Below, piece by piece: positions 6,396 through 15,538 of a stretch of 51,179 nt of DNA. Below the pieces are notes generated by a model. It had not been told where the DNA came from and ran no database searches. It saw only the letters and a program-made list of their open reading frames with translations. The stretch is from Candidatus Saccharimonadota bacterium. GTDB lineage: Bacteria > Patescibacteriota > Saccharimonadia > Saccharimonadales > CAIOMD01. A program made the position numbers and the translations under genes. The DNA lies in NCBI GenBank assembly GCA_031973215.1, contig DALYDK010000002.1, forward strand, positions 10,097 through 61,275, given 5' to 3'. How positions within the stretch are numbered: position 1 is the first letter of the stretch; each line of letters begins with the position of its first letter.

Positions 6396-8438
6396 TTAAT
6401 TTAAATAAGTGAGTCTTGTAGCGTTGTTAATTGACTCTGCTAATTGTTTATATTTTAACATATTATCTAATAAATTCGGGTGTTTGTTGTCATAATCACG
6501 GACTTTAGAAATTAAAACAGTGTCAGTTAATTTAGCAAATTCAAAATCTAATTTGCCATGCTGGAGTGTGCCGTAAATAGCGCCAGGACCTCTCAGCTCA
6601 AGGTCAAGTTCAGCAAGTTCAAATCCATTATTAGTCTGAAGCATTGCTCTTAATCTTTTTGGCGGAGAGCTAGAATCGCTCATTATTAAATAGCATGTTC
6701 CATTTTCAGTGCCCCTGCCTACGCGTCCCCTAAGCTGATGTAGCTGAGCCAATCCAAACCAGTTGGCATCATATATAAGCATTTCCGTTGCATTTGGCAC
6801 ATCTACGCCAACTTCTATTACAGTGGTAGAAACAAGAACCTGAATTTTACCTAAACGAAATTCATTCATTATTTTATCTTTTTCGTCTGATTTTAATTTG
6901 CCATGAATTAAACCAACTGAAAAATTCTTAAAAACCGATTTTGATAGTTTTTCATATATTGTCTCTGCGTTATTCCTGTTTGTTAACGAACTTGATTCAG
7001 TAATTAACGGGCAAACAACAAATGCTTGGCGACCCTTCTGTAGCTGGCTGGCAACACGCTCGAATACCTGATTTAAAGAATTAGGCGATACAATCTCGGT
7101 TGTAATAGTTGCTTTTCTTTCGGGAAGTTCGTTAATTACGCTTATAGATAATTCTCCATATACTGTTAAGGCCAGTGTTCTTGGTATGGGCGTTGCAGTT
7201 AAGCATAGTACATGAGGCATATTTCCCGAGCTTCTAATAATTTTTTGTCTTTGCTCGACACCAAATCTATGTTGTTCGTCTATAACTAGTAAACTTAGGT
7301 TCCTCCATGCAATATCTTTTTCTAGTAAGGCATGAGTACCAACAACTAATTTTAAGCTCCCGTGCGCAATTGAATCTTTAATTTGTTTTTTTTGTTTGGC
7401 CGGCAATGAACCAACTAAAAGACCAATATTATTAGAATAGGTGCTGTGCTCTAGAGCTTTTTGCAGAGTCGTAAAATGCTGTCTAGCCAGTATTTCTGTT
7501 GGCGCCAAAAAAGCGACCTGCTGGTCTGATTCCATGGCCATTATGGCTGCCATTGCCGCTACTACAGTTTTACCCGAGCCAACATCACCCTCTACTAACC
7601 TATTCATAGGTGAATTAGTGTTAATATCTTTATATATTTGCCAGGCGACTTTGCGTTGGCTGTTAGTTAATTTAAAAGGAAGCTTTTTGACAAAATCTTG
7701 GGCAACTTTTTCTTTAAATGTAATAACTTGGGCGGTTTCTTTTAGGGCTTCTAGCTTAAGTGCCTTTGAGGCCATGTATGAGATCAGTATTTCTTCAAAG
7801 GCCATTCTTTCTTTGGCGAATTCTAATTTTTTGTCACTGATAGGAAAATGAAGATTAGTGTATGTGTCCTGCAGAGACATCAGCTGGTTGTCATTTACAA
7901 CATCTTCTGGAAGCCTTTCCTTAATAAGATCAAAATACGGCCTGGCCTGCCCGACTATTTTTCTTATATATTCGCTTTTTAGTCCGGCAGATTCTCTATA
8001 TCTTGCAATAATTAGCTCCTCGGAACTATTAGATGCAGTATTATTGTCAATTTCTATCTGTGGGTTCATAAGCTGAAGCCTACCAGCCTGAAGCTTATAC
8101 TCTCCTCTAATTAAATAAGTATCATTTTTTAAACTATCTTTACGATAAGGCTGATTAAACCAAACAACCTTAATTATTCCTGTTTCGTCTTCTGCAATAG
8201 CTTCGGTAATGTGAAGTGCCCGACGCATTCTTTTGCTAGACACTGAATGAATTTTTGCCCTTAAAGAAACGAGCCCTGGTCGAATAGCCGAAATACTCGT
8301 AATCACAGAAAAATCATTGTAGTTGGTAGGAAAGTTATTTAGCAGATCTTCTACTGTAAATATTCCAGCTTTTTCAAACTGAGCAATCCGCACAGAGCCA
8401 ACACCCTTAAGAACACCTATTGAATCAGATAACCGCAT
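6396..8438 (-). CDS. recG: ATP-dependent DNA helicase RecG
   Basis: GDVGSGKT, DEQHRFG, TATPIPRT, QLRGRVGRG, DLELRGPG. Confidence 0.97.
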   Translation of the reverse strand: MRLSDSIGVLKGVGSVRIAQFEKAGIFTVEDLLNNFPTNYNDFSVITSISAIRPGLVSLRAKIHSVSSKRMRRALHITEAIAEDETGIIKVVWFNQPYRKDSLKNDTYLIRGEYKLQAGRLQLMNPQIEIDNNTASNSSEELIIARYRESAGLKSEYIRKIVGQARPYFDLIKERLPEDVVNDNQLMSLQDTYTNLHFPISDKKLEFAKERMAFEEILISYMASKALKLEALKETAQVITFKEKVAQDFVKKLPFKLTNSQRKVAWQIYKDINTNSPMNRLVEGDVGSGKTVVAAMAAIMAMESDQQVAFLAPTEILARQHFTTLQKALEHSTYSNNIGLLVGSLPAKQKKQIKDSIAHGSLKLVVGTHALLEKDIAWRNLSLLVIDEQHRFGVEQRQKIIRSSGNMPHVLCLTATPIPRTLALTVYGELSISVINELPERKATITTEIVSPNSLNQVFERVASQLQKGRQAFVVCPLITESSSLTNRNNAETIYEKLSKSVFKNFSVGLIHGKLKSDEKDKIMNEFRLGKIQVLVSTTVIEVGVDVPNATEMLIYDANWFGLAQLHQLRGRVGRGTENGTCYLIMSDSSSPPKRLRAMLQTNNGFELAELDLELRGPGAIYGTLQHGKLDFEFAKLTDTVLISKVRDYDNKHPNLLDNMLKYKQLAESINNATRLTYLN

Positions 8439-8628
8439 TTATTGACCATTATACTAAAATTGTTTCATATTTTGGCCTACCTCAGTCAATTCTCAGATAA
8501 CAGTTTTAGCCTATTCTTAATAATTATAAGAATAGCAACCAACAAATAACCAAAAGCGATATTTTTGCATCGAATTGGCATATTTTTGCTATAATATATC
8601 GGTATACGAAGAGGTAAAACGGATATTA

Positions 8629-11337
8629 ATGAAGAATTCAAAAAAGTTATCTAAGGGCGAACGACGCCCTGTAAAAGGTCCTCGAACCAATCAGAGTCTA
8701 GGAGAAAAGCTCAAATCTAGCAAAGACGCCAAAATGCGTCGCAAAGCAGAACGACTTGCTAAATTACCAAAAAACCCAATAAAAAGATTTTTCTATTATT
8801 TTAATCCTAAGCATTTTGCTGAATATTGGTTTAATAGAGACGGTTTCTTTAGGTTTCTAAAAGTTGCCGGTATCGGACTCGCAATAATACTAGTTTTAAC
8901 AATGGGTGTTTTTGCATATTTCCGAAAAGACCTACCACGAAACATAACTGACCTTAAGACATGTAGCGACGGTGCATCGACCTTATATTATGACCGTACA
9001 GGTCAAACTTTATTGTGGTCTAGTTCGGGTGATGTTGAATGTTACCCTATACCACAAGATCAAATGCCAAAAAATGTTCAAAATGCTGTTATTGCAATAG
9101 AAGACAAAGACTTCTACAAGCACGGCGGTTTTAGTTTTTCTGGCATTATGCGTTCTGCCGTTAACAATGCTAGGGGTGGCGCAACTCAGGGTGGCTCAAC
9201 CATTACCCAACAGTTCGTGAAAAACTCTTTATTAACCCAAGATAGGAACGTTATCAGAAAACTTAAAGAGTTAATTCTGGCAACAGAACTTGAAAGAAGC
9301 TATTCAAAAGATGAAATTTTAACTGCTTACCTTAACGAAATATCATTCGGGGCTAGATATGCAGGTATAGAGGCAGCAGCTAAGGGATATTTTAACAAGC
9401 CCGCCAAAGACCTTAGCTTGGACCAAGCGGCAATGCTCGCAGCAATGATTCAAGCACCAACCTACTATTCTCCGTACGGTGAAAATACTCAAGAACTAAC
9501 TGTTAGAAGAAATTATGTTCTTAAGCTAATGAATGAGCAAGGATTCATTACAGAGCAACAAAAAGCTGAAGCCGAAAAAGCCGATACTATTGCTAGTGTG
9601 GTTCAAACAAAACCAGGTAAATACAAAGATATAATTGCACCGTATTTTGTAACAGAAGTACAAAAACAATTAGAGCAAGAATACGGCGCGACAAACGCTA
9701 GAAAAGCAGGCTTTAAAGTCACAACTACCCTAGATCTTAATTTACAAAAGAAAGCAGAAGAAGAAATTCAAAAAGGCGTAGTCAAGCTCGAAAGAATAGG
9801 CGGAGATAATATGGCTGCTGTAGCAGAAGATGTCCAAACCGGCCAAGTTCTGGCACTTGTTGGTGGTAGGGGCTGGGATTACCCAGGCTTTGGTGAAGTA
9901 AACTATGCAACAACCCCAAGAAGCCCAGGATCTTCTTTCAAGCCTTACGATTATGCTACTTTAATGACTCTTAACAAAAACTGGGGAGCTGGTTCTACTT
10001 TATACGATGTTCAGACCAATTTCGGCGGAGGCTGGACGCCTCAAAACTGGGATAAAAAATACTACGGAGCAGTTAGTATGCGTACTGCTCTTGGTCAATC
10101 TAGAAACATCCCAGCAATTAAAGCAATGTATATGGCGGGTATAAAAAACACCCAAGATATGGCTAAGAAAATGGGCCTCAAAAGCGGCGTAACAGGCTGC
10201 TACACAACAGGAACAGAAGACTGTCAGGAGATTTTATCTACTGGAATAGGTGATGGTGGCCAAGTAAAACTATCTGAGCATGTTCATGGCTTTAGTACCT
10301 TTGCAAGAATGGGTGTATACAAACCTCAGACTTACATTATGAAAGTTCAAGATATTCGCGGAAAAACTATATCTGAATATAAAGAAACTCCCGGTGAACA
10401 AGTTCTAGACCCACAAATTGCTTACACTATGAACGATATTCTAGCCGATACTAAAGCATCTATTTTAGGTACTCAGTACAGGGTTGCCGGAGCAAAATCT
10501 GCTTTTAAGACTGGTACAACCAACAATAATGAAAATGGTTGGTTGGTTGGATATACTTCTGACATTGTATTTGGAATATGGTCAGGTCACCACGAAAACA
10601 AGCAAATGACCCAATTCACCAATAGTGTTCTTGGGCCTGCTTGGAACGGATTTTTAACAGAAGCTATTAAAGGTCGCCCAAATAAAGGATGGACCAAGCC
10701 CGCATCTATGAAAACCGTTTGTATAAATCTTAACACTGGCTATGCTACCAATAGCGGTGGTAAATGTGACGTATTCCCTAGCTGGTACACCGCTCGTTAT
10801 CCAAACAATGACAAAAGAGCAACCATAGACACTGTATCGGGCAAATTAGCCACAGAATGTACCCCAGAACGCGCCAAACAAAGTATTGTTGGCGGTGGTA
10901 TAGCCTCAGAGCTTCCGTCATCTGACCCAATGTATCGAAACTGGATTGCACCAGTTACGGCAAGATACGGCCAAACAGGTGGCGCAATACCTACAGATAA
11001 AGATGATATTCATTCATGTGACCCTGCCGAAAAACCAACAATTGTAATAGAAGATGCCGTTAGTAATGGCGACGGAACATACACAATAAGTGCCCAAGTT
11101 AACAAAGGTAAGTACGATCTTAAAACAGTAAGCTTTACTATAGACGGAGTTGTGCCACCAGGAGCAAGCTTCGATGTTACAAACTCACAAAAAGTTAGCT
11201 TTAAATACACTCCAGCTGCTGCCGGCAGTACTACAGTATCGGCCACCGTGGTAGATAGTGTACTCTACGATTCGACCGCCTCTAAGGCACTGTCATTCAC
11301 GGTTAGCCCAGCCCCAGTACCAGTCCCATCCACATAG
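8629..11337 (+). CDS. Class A penicillin-binding protein (PBP1A-type) with C-terminal Ig-like domain
   Basis: One TM helix; transglycosylase AIEDKDF and GGSTITQQFVKN; transpeptidase SSFK, SRN, KTGT; start moved from 8575 to MKNSKK. Confidence 0.93.
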   Translation: MKNSKKLSKGERRPVKGPRTNQSLGEKLKSSKDAKMRRKAERLAKLPKNPIKRFFYYFNPKHFAEYWFNRDGFFRFLKVAGIGLAIILVLTMGVFAYFRKDLPRNITDLKTCSDGASTLYYDRTGQTLLWSSSGDVECYPIPQDQMPKNVQNAVIAIEDKDFYKHGGFSFSGIMRSAVNNARGGATQGGSTITQQFVKNSLLTQDRNVIRKLKELILATELERSYSKDEILTAYLNEISFGARYAGIEAAAKGYFNKPAKDLSLDQAAMLAAMIQAPTYYSPYGENTQELTVRRNYVLKLMNEQGFITEQQKAEAEKADTIASVVQTKPGKYKDIIAPYFVTEVQKQLEQEYGATNARKAGFKVTTTLDLNLQKKAEEEIQKGVVKLERIGGDNMAAVAEDVQTGQVLALVGGRGWDYPGFGEVNYATTPRSPGSSFKPYDYATLMTLNKNWGAGSTLYDVQTNFGGGWTPQNWDKKYYGAVSMRTALGQSRNIPAIKAMYMAGIKNTQDMAKKMGLKSGVTGCYTTGTEDCQEILSTGIGDGGQVKLSEHVHGFSTFARMGVYKPQTYIMKVQDIRGKTISEYKETPGEQVLDPQIAYTMNDILADTKASILGTQYRVAGAKSAFKTGTTNNNENGWLVGYTSDIVFGIWSGHHENKQMTQFTNSVLGPAWNGFLTEAIKGRPNKGWTKPASMKTVCINLNTGYATNSGGKCDVFPSWYTARYPNNDKRATIDTVSGKLATECTPERAKQSIVGGGIASELPSSDPMYRNWIAPVTARYGQTGGAIPTDKDDIHSCDPAEKPTIVIEDAVSNGDGTYTISAQVNKGKYDLKTVSFTIDGVVPPGASFDVTNSQKVSFKYTPAAAGSTTVSATVVDSVLYDSTASKALSFTVSPAPVPVPST

Positions 11338-11352
11338 ATCCGATAATAGTAT

Positions 11353-12192
11353 TTAATTATTGGATTTGTTGACGGTATTAAATAGCTTTTTTTCAGCCGG
11401 CGTCAACTTTTCATTAGGCTCATTTTTATTAGACTGTCTTTTTTGATTTCTGTTATTGGAATGACGATTTACCTGCTGATTTTTATTGTTTTTGGGTTTT
11501 TGAGACTTAATTACATTGCCAAAAAGCATTCTTCCGGCAACAGTTTGATGCGAACGGCTAATTTGAATATCAATAGTTTTACCTATAGCATTTTTGGCGC
11601 CGTCTACAACGACCATGGTGCCATCTTCTAAATAACCTACGCCCTGGTCTTTACTTGAACCTGTTTGAATAATTTTGAGCGGTACAATCTCGCCGGGCAA
11701 TACTACGGGCCTTAGAGCATGGGCAAGCTCGTTCACATTGAGCACCCTAACTCCTTTTATGCTAGCAACTTGGTTTAAGTTGTAGTCTGTCGTATAAAGG
11801 TCGGCATTAATTTTTTGAGCTAAGTGCACTAGTTTATCGTCTGTTAATTTATCAGACTCAACTGGGTCTTTAGAAATATGGACAGATACTCCGCTAAGTT
11901 GTTGTAGTCTTTGAATAATTTCAAGGCCATACCTTGCCCTTTCGCGCTTTTGCGAATCGTTGCCGTCAGCTAGTAGCTGAAGTTCAGAAATAATAAATTG
12001 TGGTACTTCTAAATTACTGGGTACAAAACCAGCCTGAGCTAGTTCTACGATGCGACCATCAATTAAAGCACAACTGTCTAGCAGTGCTTTTCTGTCTTTA
12101 CTTGGCTTAATAGAAATTGAACTATTCTTCTTTAGCAGAATTGTTAATATAACTGCTAATAAAATAGTTTGAATTATTAATAAAATTATCAC
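11353..12192 (-). CDS. Membrane-anchored PIN/TRAM domain protein (YacL-like)
   Basis: N-terminal TM helix, LLDSCALIDGRI, TDDKL, TTDYNL, TRAM GYLEDGTMVVV; GTG start. Confidence 0.88.
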   Translation of the reverse strand: MIILLIIQTILLAVILTILLKKNSSISIKPSKDRKALLDSCALIDGRIVELAQAGFVPSNLEVPQFIISELQLLADGNDSQKRERARYGLEIIQRLQQLSGVSVHISKDPVESDKLTDDKLVHLAQKINADLYTTDYNLNQVASIKGVRVLNVNELAHALRPVVLPGEIVPLKIIQTGSSKDQGVGYLEDGTMVVVDGAKNAIGKTIDIQISRSHQTVAGRMLFGNVIKSQKPKNNKNQQVNRHSNNRNQKRQSNKNEPNEKLTPAEKKLFNTVNKSNN

Positions 12193-12196
12193 TTTG

Positions 12197-13549
12197 TTAT
12201 CCTTTTGTTAAAAAATGGTTTAAGGCATCTCTAATATTTGTTGCCTCTTTATACCAACTTGGTTTTTTCATTCCTTTTTGCAGTTTTGGCCCTATTGCAG
12301 ATTTAAAACCTAATTTTTCTATTTCTTTTAGTCTTTTTTCTTGCCAAGATACTCTTCTTATTTCACCACTAAGGCCAAGTTCGCCAAAAACAGCTGCATC
12401 TTCTTTAAGTTGCATACCCTTTGCGGCTGAAGCAACAGCCATTACAATAGCAAGGTCTGCGGCAGGATCGCTAATTTTTAGGCCTCCTACAATATTAATA
12501 TAAACATCTTTGTCTTGCAGTTTCAATTTAGTGCGTCTTTCTAGCATTGCTATAAGCAGGTTCAATCTGTTTAAGTCATATCCGCTAGTAGCTCTTTTTG
12601 GATAGCCATAACTTGTTGTGTTAACCAAAGCCTGAACCTCTACCAGTACTGGCCTGCTGCCTTCAAGAGTAGCTAATACCACTGAACCGTCCACCACTTG
12701 CCTTTCTTCTAGTAGCGCAGCAGAAGGATTATCTACTATTTCAAGCCCAGTATCTTTCATTTCAAAAATTGCGGCTTCGTTAGTGGAACCATAGCGATTT
12801 TTTAGAGACCTTAGGACCCGGAGCCCCCCGTACCTATTGCCCTCAAGATGAAGAACAACATCGACCACATGCTCAAGCACCTTAGGCCCCGCAATAGAAC
12901 CCTCTTTGGTTACATGGCCAACCAATATTAAAGAGGTGTTGCTAGCCTTGGCCTGAATACTTAGCAGACTAGTGCTGTTAGTAATTTGGCTAATTGTGCC
13001 AAGACCACTACTTAGTTCCTTTAATGCAATAGTTTGAATTGAGTCTACAATAACTGCCATAAATTTGTCAGCCGAAATTGTGCTTGCAATATCATTCGCA
13101 CTACTAGAGCTCGCAAAAAATAAATTATCACTTGCTATTCCAAGCCTTGATGCTCTTGCAGAGACTTGTTCGGCTGACTCTTCTCCGCTTACATACAGCA
13201 CCTTACCCTTACGCGCAACTTGACCGGCCAGTTGCATTAATAGTGTGCTCTTACCTATCCCCGGCTCACCAGCAAGTAAAACTACGCCCCCAGGCACTAA
13301 TCCGCCTCCTAGCACCGTATTTATATCTTGGGTATCAAGTGAAATTCTGGGCTCTTGTTCATGGCTAGACATGTTAGCAATATTCAGCTTTTTTCCTGTT
13401 TTTGCGCTACTATTTGGTAACGCAGAAAAATCTTCAGCCACAGTTTCGACTATTGTGTTCCATTCGCCACAAGTATGACATTTTCCTGACCAACCTGGCT
13501 GGCTTGCTCCACAACTATTACAAATATAAGAATTACTTTTTTTTGCCAT
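12197..13549 (-). CDS. radA: DNA repair protein RadA/Sms
   Basis: C4 zinc finger, GEPGIGKST, KNRYG, Lon-like C-terminal domain. Confidence 0.97.
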   Translation of the reverse strand: MAKKSNSYICNSCGASQPGWSGKCHTCGEWNTIVETVAEDFSALPNSSAKTGKKLNIANMSSHEQEPRISLDTQDINTVLGGGLVPGGVVLLAGEPGIGKSTLLMQLAGQVARKGKVLYVSGEESAEQVSARASRLGIASDNLFFASSSSANDIASTISADKFMAVIVDSIQTIALKELSSGLGTISQITNSTSLLSIQAKASNTSLILVGHVTKEGSIAGPKVLEHVVDVVLHLEGNRYGGLRVLRSLKNRYGSTNEAAIFEMKDTGLEIVDNPSAALLEERQVVDGSVVLATLEGSRPVLVEVQALVNTTSYGYPKRATSGYDLNRLNLLIAMLERRTKLKLQDKDVYINIVGGLKISDPAADLAIVMAVASAAKGMQLKEDAAVFGELGLSGEIRRVSWQEKRLKEIEKLGFKSAIGPKLQKGMKKPSWYKEATNIRDALNHFLTKG

Positions 13550-13555
13550 ATAACT

Positions 13556-14551
13556 TTAGCTAGTATATATCTTTTTTGACGAATTGTCCTTTTCGTCCTC
13601 TATCTCGTGACCAAGAATTTCTTCTATAAGATCTTCAATGGTAACAATGCCAACTATTTTATGTCTTTTCTCGACCACAATAAGATGGCCTTTGGCTTTA
13701 ATAAAATATCTAAACATTGTGTCTAACGCAGTATTGGCTCCAACTATAGTTGTTTTATATAGATTCATACTTGAAGCAGTTAATTTTGAAGTTGTTATGT
13801 CTATGTCTACCAGCTCCTTCATTAAAATAACCCCATATACTTTGTTTTTCTTAATATCTAAAACAGGAATCCTACTATAACCTCGGTTTTTAATTTTATT
13901 TAAGGTTTTTTGATTAATCTGCTCATTTGGCTTAAGAAAAAAGGTGTTACTTATTGGCGTCATTATTGACGAAACTCTTTTTTCGCTAAGCTGCAAGGCG
14001 CCCTTAATTATTTCAACCTCATCTTCATCTAACTCACTACTGTCATGGTTAACATGTTCGCCAATTATTAGGCTCAGTTCGTTCCTTGTGTGAAGCGGGG
14101 TTTTTTCATCACCAAACCACTTATCTAATACCAATTGAAGAGGTTTGGCAAGCGGATAAGTAAAGTACTTAATGAACTGCAAAAATGGAACGAGCGCGCT
14201 ACATATGGCCAGTGCATTCCTAGTAAACAGAGCCTGCGGTAATAGTTCACCAAAAATAACTAAAAGAATTGTACTTATTGCTGCGGCCACAAAGCCGTTC
14301 ATTTTGCCAGCTAAAACAATTGAGCTTGCCGAAGCAAAAGCAACGTTGGTTAATAGTATAGAGGCTAGGGTTAAATGGGCATTCTGCCTAAATGGTAGTA
14401 CTTTTTTGGCCCTAGGATCACCTAGTTTTGCCTGTCTTTTTAGGTCTTGCAAACTCAGTGACATAACCGACACATTTAACCCAGAACAAACCCCCGAGCC
14501 AATAATTAACACTGTTACTTCTATAATAAATATGGCATCGGCGTTCATCAT
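13556..14551 (-). CDS. CNNM (DUF21) + CBS-pair membrane protein, probable Mg2+/metal transporter
   Basis: SGLNVSVMSL, LLTNV, FGELLPQ, GYSRIPV, GIVTIEDLIEEILG. Confidence 0.88.
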   Translation of the reverse strand: MMNADAIFIIEVTVLIIGSGVCSGLNVSVMSLSLQDLKRQAKLGDPRAKKVLPFRQNAHLTLASILLTNVAFASASSIVLAGKMNGFVAAAISTILLVIFGELLPQALFTRNALAICSALVPFLQFIKYFTYPLAKPLQLVLDKWFGDEKTPLHTRNELSLIIGEHVNHDSSELDEDEVEIIKGALQLSEKRVSSIMTPISNTFFLKPNEQINQKTLNKIKNRGYSRIPVLDIKKNKVYGVILMKELVDIDITTSKLTASSMNLYKTTIVGANTALDTMFRYFIKAKGHLIVVEKRHKIVGIVTIEDLIEEILGHEIEDEKDNSSKKIYTS

Positions 14552-14552
14552 G

Positions 14553-15515
14553 CTAATTAACTGATGATTTGACCCTACTGTCTAAGCTTTGCATAAGATC
14601 GTTCTGTTCAATAACCAGCAAGTTAACTTGTTCAACAATATTGTTGTACTGAACCAGTAGGCTTTTAAATTCGTTATATTGGGCATTATATGAGTTAACC
14701 AGTCTATTATATTCCGGCACTAGCGAATTATAACTCGACACCTGGCCTGAGCTAGAGTAGCCGTCTAGTCTTTTTTTCAATGTATTTATGCTTGCCTCAA
14801 GACTCAATAGTGCTGCTTCTGAATTTTCTATTTCTGCTTTTCTTAGTGTTAAATCTGCTTTATATTTGTCCACTTGACTATTAATGTCAGATAATACTTT
14901 TTCATAGCTCTGACTTTTACTTACGACAATTTTTCTATCGATAAAATATTTTGAATAGTATTGCTCAAGCTCGGGTCCCAAATTTTCTACCTCTGTTCCA
15001 AGTATTGAATGAAGTTCGTTGGGCACCACGCTAGGATCAGCCTTACGATAATTTTCAATAAGACTATTGATGCGAGGGTTGTTCATCCTTTGGAATGCTT
15101 CGGCCGTAAGTCCATCTACCTTATTCTTTTCAGATACACTCAGCCTATCATATGCTGCATGAAGCATTTCATGGGCACTGGTTACCTCTTCTACTCCGGC
15201 TAGTCTGTCGTCTGTAACATCGAATACGAAAATATTCTTGCCAGTATAACAGCCAAGAACAATGGTCTGCTCCTTACTCTCACATTCATTAGCAAATTCT
15301 TGACGGTCAGACAGCCTTGGGTCGTTTACATAAAAAATCTTTTTACCCTTATCGCTCATTCCGGAATTTTGCGCCAAGGCCTCTATTTGCGGAGTAGGCG
15401 AATAGCCCCTTAGTGTAATAAAGTCATAGACTGTATATTTATTAGACCAAAACCAAACCGCACCAAAAACTAGCAAAAAAACCGTAGCAATACTTACTAG
15501 AAATTTTTTAGACAT
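14553..15515 (-). CDS. Exported or membrane-anchored zincin-like protein with C-terminal coiled coil
   Basis: N-terminal hydrophobic segment; HEMLH (HExxH) plus downstream NELHSILGTE; heptad-rich last ~120 aa. Confidence 0.6.
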   Translation of the reverse strand: MSKKFLVSIATVFLLVFGAVWFWSNKYTVYDFITLRGYSPTPQIEALAQNSGMSDKGKKIFYVNDPRLSDRQEFANECESKEQTIVLGCYTGKNIFVFDVTDDRLAGVEEVTSAHEMLHAAYDRLSVSEKNKVDGLTAEAFQRMNNPRINSLIENYRKADPSVVPNELHSILGTEVENLGPELEQYYSKYFIDRKIVVSKSQSYEKVLSDINSQVDKYKADLTLRKAEIENSEAALLSLEASINTLKKRLDGYSSSGQVSSYNSLVPEYNRLVNSYNAQYNEFKSLLVQYNNIVEQVNLLVIEQNDLMQSLDSRVKSSVN

Positions 15516-15538
15516 TGTGTAAATAGTATACCAGTTTA

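Noticed and set aside
11360-11520. Asn/Lys/Gln-rich repeat-like stretch at the end of the PIN/TRAM gene
   Set aside because: Low-complexity disordered tail with no regular repeat unit
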